The notes beneath the pieces were generated by a model. It made no database searches, had not been told where the DNA came from, and saw nothing but the letters and a program-made list of their open reading frames with translations. Both the position numbers and the translations under genes were made by a program. A stretch of DNA of 32,019 bases from NCBI GenBank assembly GCA_030167865.1, contig JALAGF010004790.1:1-32019 (forward strand), given 5' to 3'. Source of the DNA: Craspedostauros australis (lineage: Eukaryota). Of this stretch, positions 30,081 through 32,019 are shown in pieces (position 1 is the stretch's first letter; the number at the start of each line of letters is the position of its first letter).

Positions 30081-32019
30081 TAATAATAATAACTCAGTGA
30101 TTACATCAGAGATGTGCCATAAGGCTTTACCCTCGCCGTCGCCGGCCCCGTAGGACCTAGCTTCGAGCGAGCTGTCGAGATTATACTCAATCCAGGCCTA
30201 GCCACGTTGCCATGGCCTGTCGTTCCGCTTGCATGGAGCGAGACCGTCGTCGGGCTTTGACTGCGGCCTGTACTGCCGTCATCGAATGCACCCATTGTCG
30301 CATTTGGGTTTCGGTGCCGTACTCGATGTTGCGTCCGTCTCGTAAGAGCTGCAGTTCTGACGCTGTCATGTCTTGGCTGGCACTCTGGGTTATCCGGCGC
30401 ACCTGCCTGCGCAATTCCTGCGTAGTTGGGTGCTGATCCCCGTCGTGCACTTTCGCATTTCTCGCCGTCCATATCGTCCAAGGTACTTTCCAGATCCACC
30501 GGATTACCTCTCCTGCCCATGCCCTAGCGTCCGGGAAAAAGCACTCGTGCGTCGTCATCCACTGCCTCTGCGTCCGTACCCAATCCTTGTGTAGGAAGCC
30601 TGCTAGCAGAGGATACCAACCTATCGCGCTCTGAGGTCCATCCGTTCTCAACTTCCGTCTCCACCGCACTAGCCCCACTCGCATGTTCTGGACCAGTCGC
30701 GGGGCCGTACCAATTCTCACCATGGTAGCGATCAGATCGGCCGTGGAGTCCTGCCAAGCTTCCTGGTGTTCCGGGCACTGCAGCACGTGTTCCGTCGTTT
30801 CCTCGTGGGGACAGAATTGGCACTTCGCCGTGGGTCGCTGTCCCATCTGATGCAATTTCTTGTTGACACCGATGAAACCCGAGGACCACTTGGACATGAA
30901 GGTGACCATCGTCTTGCTCTTTTTGGCCGACCTCGTTGACCTGTACGTATGCCAGTCCACCGCTGCGGCCTGTTCGTCCTCCCACTGAAACTTCGATGAC
31001 CAATAAGTGGCAGCTTCCGCCGCCTGTAGTATCTCGTTCAATGCGTGCTTGTCCACATGCGAGGCATCCGTGTCTCGGAGACGTAAACGCCACCTGTCAG
31101 TGCTCGTGCTCCATCTTTTCACCATTCGGCGTTGTGCTGTCTCAACCCAAAACCGCTTAGCATTGTCGTCGACAATCACATTGAGCCGCTCCAGGGTGGT
31201 CAGCGTCTTCCCAGTATCATCCTGGTGACCTTTGACCCATTCCCATTTTAGGGTGGCCCGAATCTGGCGCCGAAGCTTCCGAATCTCGGTGAGCACGTCC
31301 CAGTCTCGTTGGTGTGGGCGGAGCTCGTCCTCCTGCGCTCGTTGCATGGCCTGTTTACCGTCCAAGGCCAGCGTAATCACGCAGTCCTCGTCCAGCCCTG
31401 GCATCCTGGATATGACTGCCAGAGACGCCCATACACCTGCCAGTTCGCTTCTGTAGGCGCTTTGTACTTCTCTGGGTCCTGGAACAAAGGTGTTGCAGCT
31501 CATGCTGGCGTTGGACTCGGCGTCAAACAGTATCGATGACGAAGTCCCTCGGAAATCCTTGAACGAACCGTCACTCACCACCAGTAGCTTTCCACGTCTG
31601 GCCGCCCTTACTGCGTCATGAGGCTGTAGGTCCCCCTGCAGCTGCTCGACCGGGTTGTAGCCTTCCGAGGGCTCGTCGCTCGGCTCAGCCAGGCCCACGT
31701 GGCCATCCCACTCGATTCCCGTTTCAATCATCGTGACAGACACGCGCTTGGCCCCCGTTGGGAGCACCTCGACGTGTCCAGCCCTAGTGAATCGCTGTCG
31801 ACGGGTCCGGCTGGTGAGACGCTGCCTGTATCGCTGGATTGGACGAGTAGCCATGTCAAAGATCACATCTGTGTACGGTAGCTTCCACCACCGCCAGGTC
31901 CTATCATCGCTGTGCCACCTGCCCAGGGGTTGGTGGAGCGTCAAGCCTCGGAAGCACATGAATTTGCACCACCGCTGCCATTCCTTCCACCAGCCGCTCG
32001 GGAGGCGGTCAGGTTGGCT
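30081..32019 (-). mobile_element. 3' part of a non-LTR retrotransposon (RNase H-encoding, probably Ambal-like); continues beyond the window
   Basis: Open frame from the window end to the stop at 30187, a ~95-nt 3' UTR, then a (TTA)4 tail at 30092-30081. RNase H followed by CCHC is the domain order of RNase H-bearing LINEs. RT and endonuclease are not in the window, so the clade is inferred. Confidence 0.8.
30187..32019 (-). CDS. C-terminal ~610 aa of the retrotransposon polyprotein (RNase H + CCHC zinc finger), 5'-truncated by the window edge
   Basis: RNase H acidic motifs VSDGS, SAYRSELAG, LALDG, WEWVKGHQDD and LNVIVDDNAK; CQFC...EHVLQC; IGW...W...WTARN. The frame stays open upstream of the ATG at 31959 (SQPDRLPSGWWKEWQRWCKF). 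Confidence 0.85.
   Translation of the reverse strand, partial: SQPDRLPSGWWKEWQRWCKFMCFRGLTLHQPLGRWHSDDRTWRWWKLPYTDVIFDMATRPIQRYRQRLTSRTRRQRFTRAGHVEVLPTGAKRVSVTMIETGIEWDGHVGLAEPSDEPSEGYNPVEQLQGDLQPHDAVRAARRGKLLVVSDGSFKDFRGTSSSILFDAESNASMSCNTFVPGPREVQSAYRSELAGVWASLAVISRMPGLDEDCVITLALDGKQAMQRAQEDELRPHQRDWDVLTEIRKLRRQIRATLKWEWVKGHQDDTGKTLTTLERLNVIVDDNAKRFWVETAQRRMVKRWSTSTDRWRLRLRDTDASHVDKHALNEILQAAEAATYWSSKFQWEDEQAAAVDWHTYRSTRSAKKSKTMVTFMSKWSSGFIGVNKKLHQMGQRPTAKCQFCPHEETTEHVLQCPEHQEAWQDSTADLIATMVRIGTAPRLVQNMRVGLVRWRRKLRTDGPQSAIGWYPLLAGFLHKDWVRTQRQWMTTHECFFPDARAWAGEVIRWIWKVPWTIWTARNAKVHDGDQHPTTQELRRQVRRITQSASQDMTASELQLLRDGRNIEYGTETQMRQWVHSMTAVQAAVKARRRSRSMQAERQAMATWLGLD

Noticed and set aside
30093..30120. 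Hammerhead ribozyme in the LINE 3' UTR
   Set aside because: CUGAUGU does not match the CUGANGA core, and there is no GAAA partner in the right position.

Overview
Eukaryotic, gene-dense window, most likely from a diatom or related ochrophyte. This is inferred from short GT-AG introns and from bipartite plastid presequences with ASAFAP-type cleavage sites (VRA^FSV, VQS^FTF). It has three parts. (1) About 1-6.8 kb is non-genic and repeat-derived: an ~8 x 122-bp hairpin-bearing tandem array, then a CpG-depleted decayed gene (2394-5157), flanked by CpG-rich non-coding blocks. (2) About 7.3-30.1 kb holds eight host genes: RAD17, an intronless polyQ-rich SNF2/BRM-type remodeller, plastid BolA, Mg-chelatase ChlD, TYW2/TRM12, an SGNH hydrolase, an MPDU1-like PQ-loop protein, and a three-domain GST-N/glutaredoxin protein. 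(3) From 30.08 kb to the window end is the uninterrupted 3' part of a minus-strand non-LTR retrotransposon (RNase H + CCHC, probably Ambal-like). Its (TTA)n tail ends one base from the stop codon of the glutaredoxin gene. All calls come from reading motifs by eye; no searches were run.
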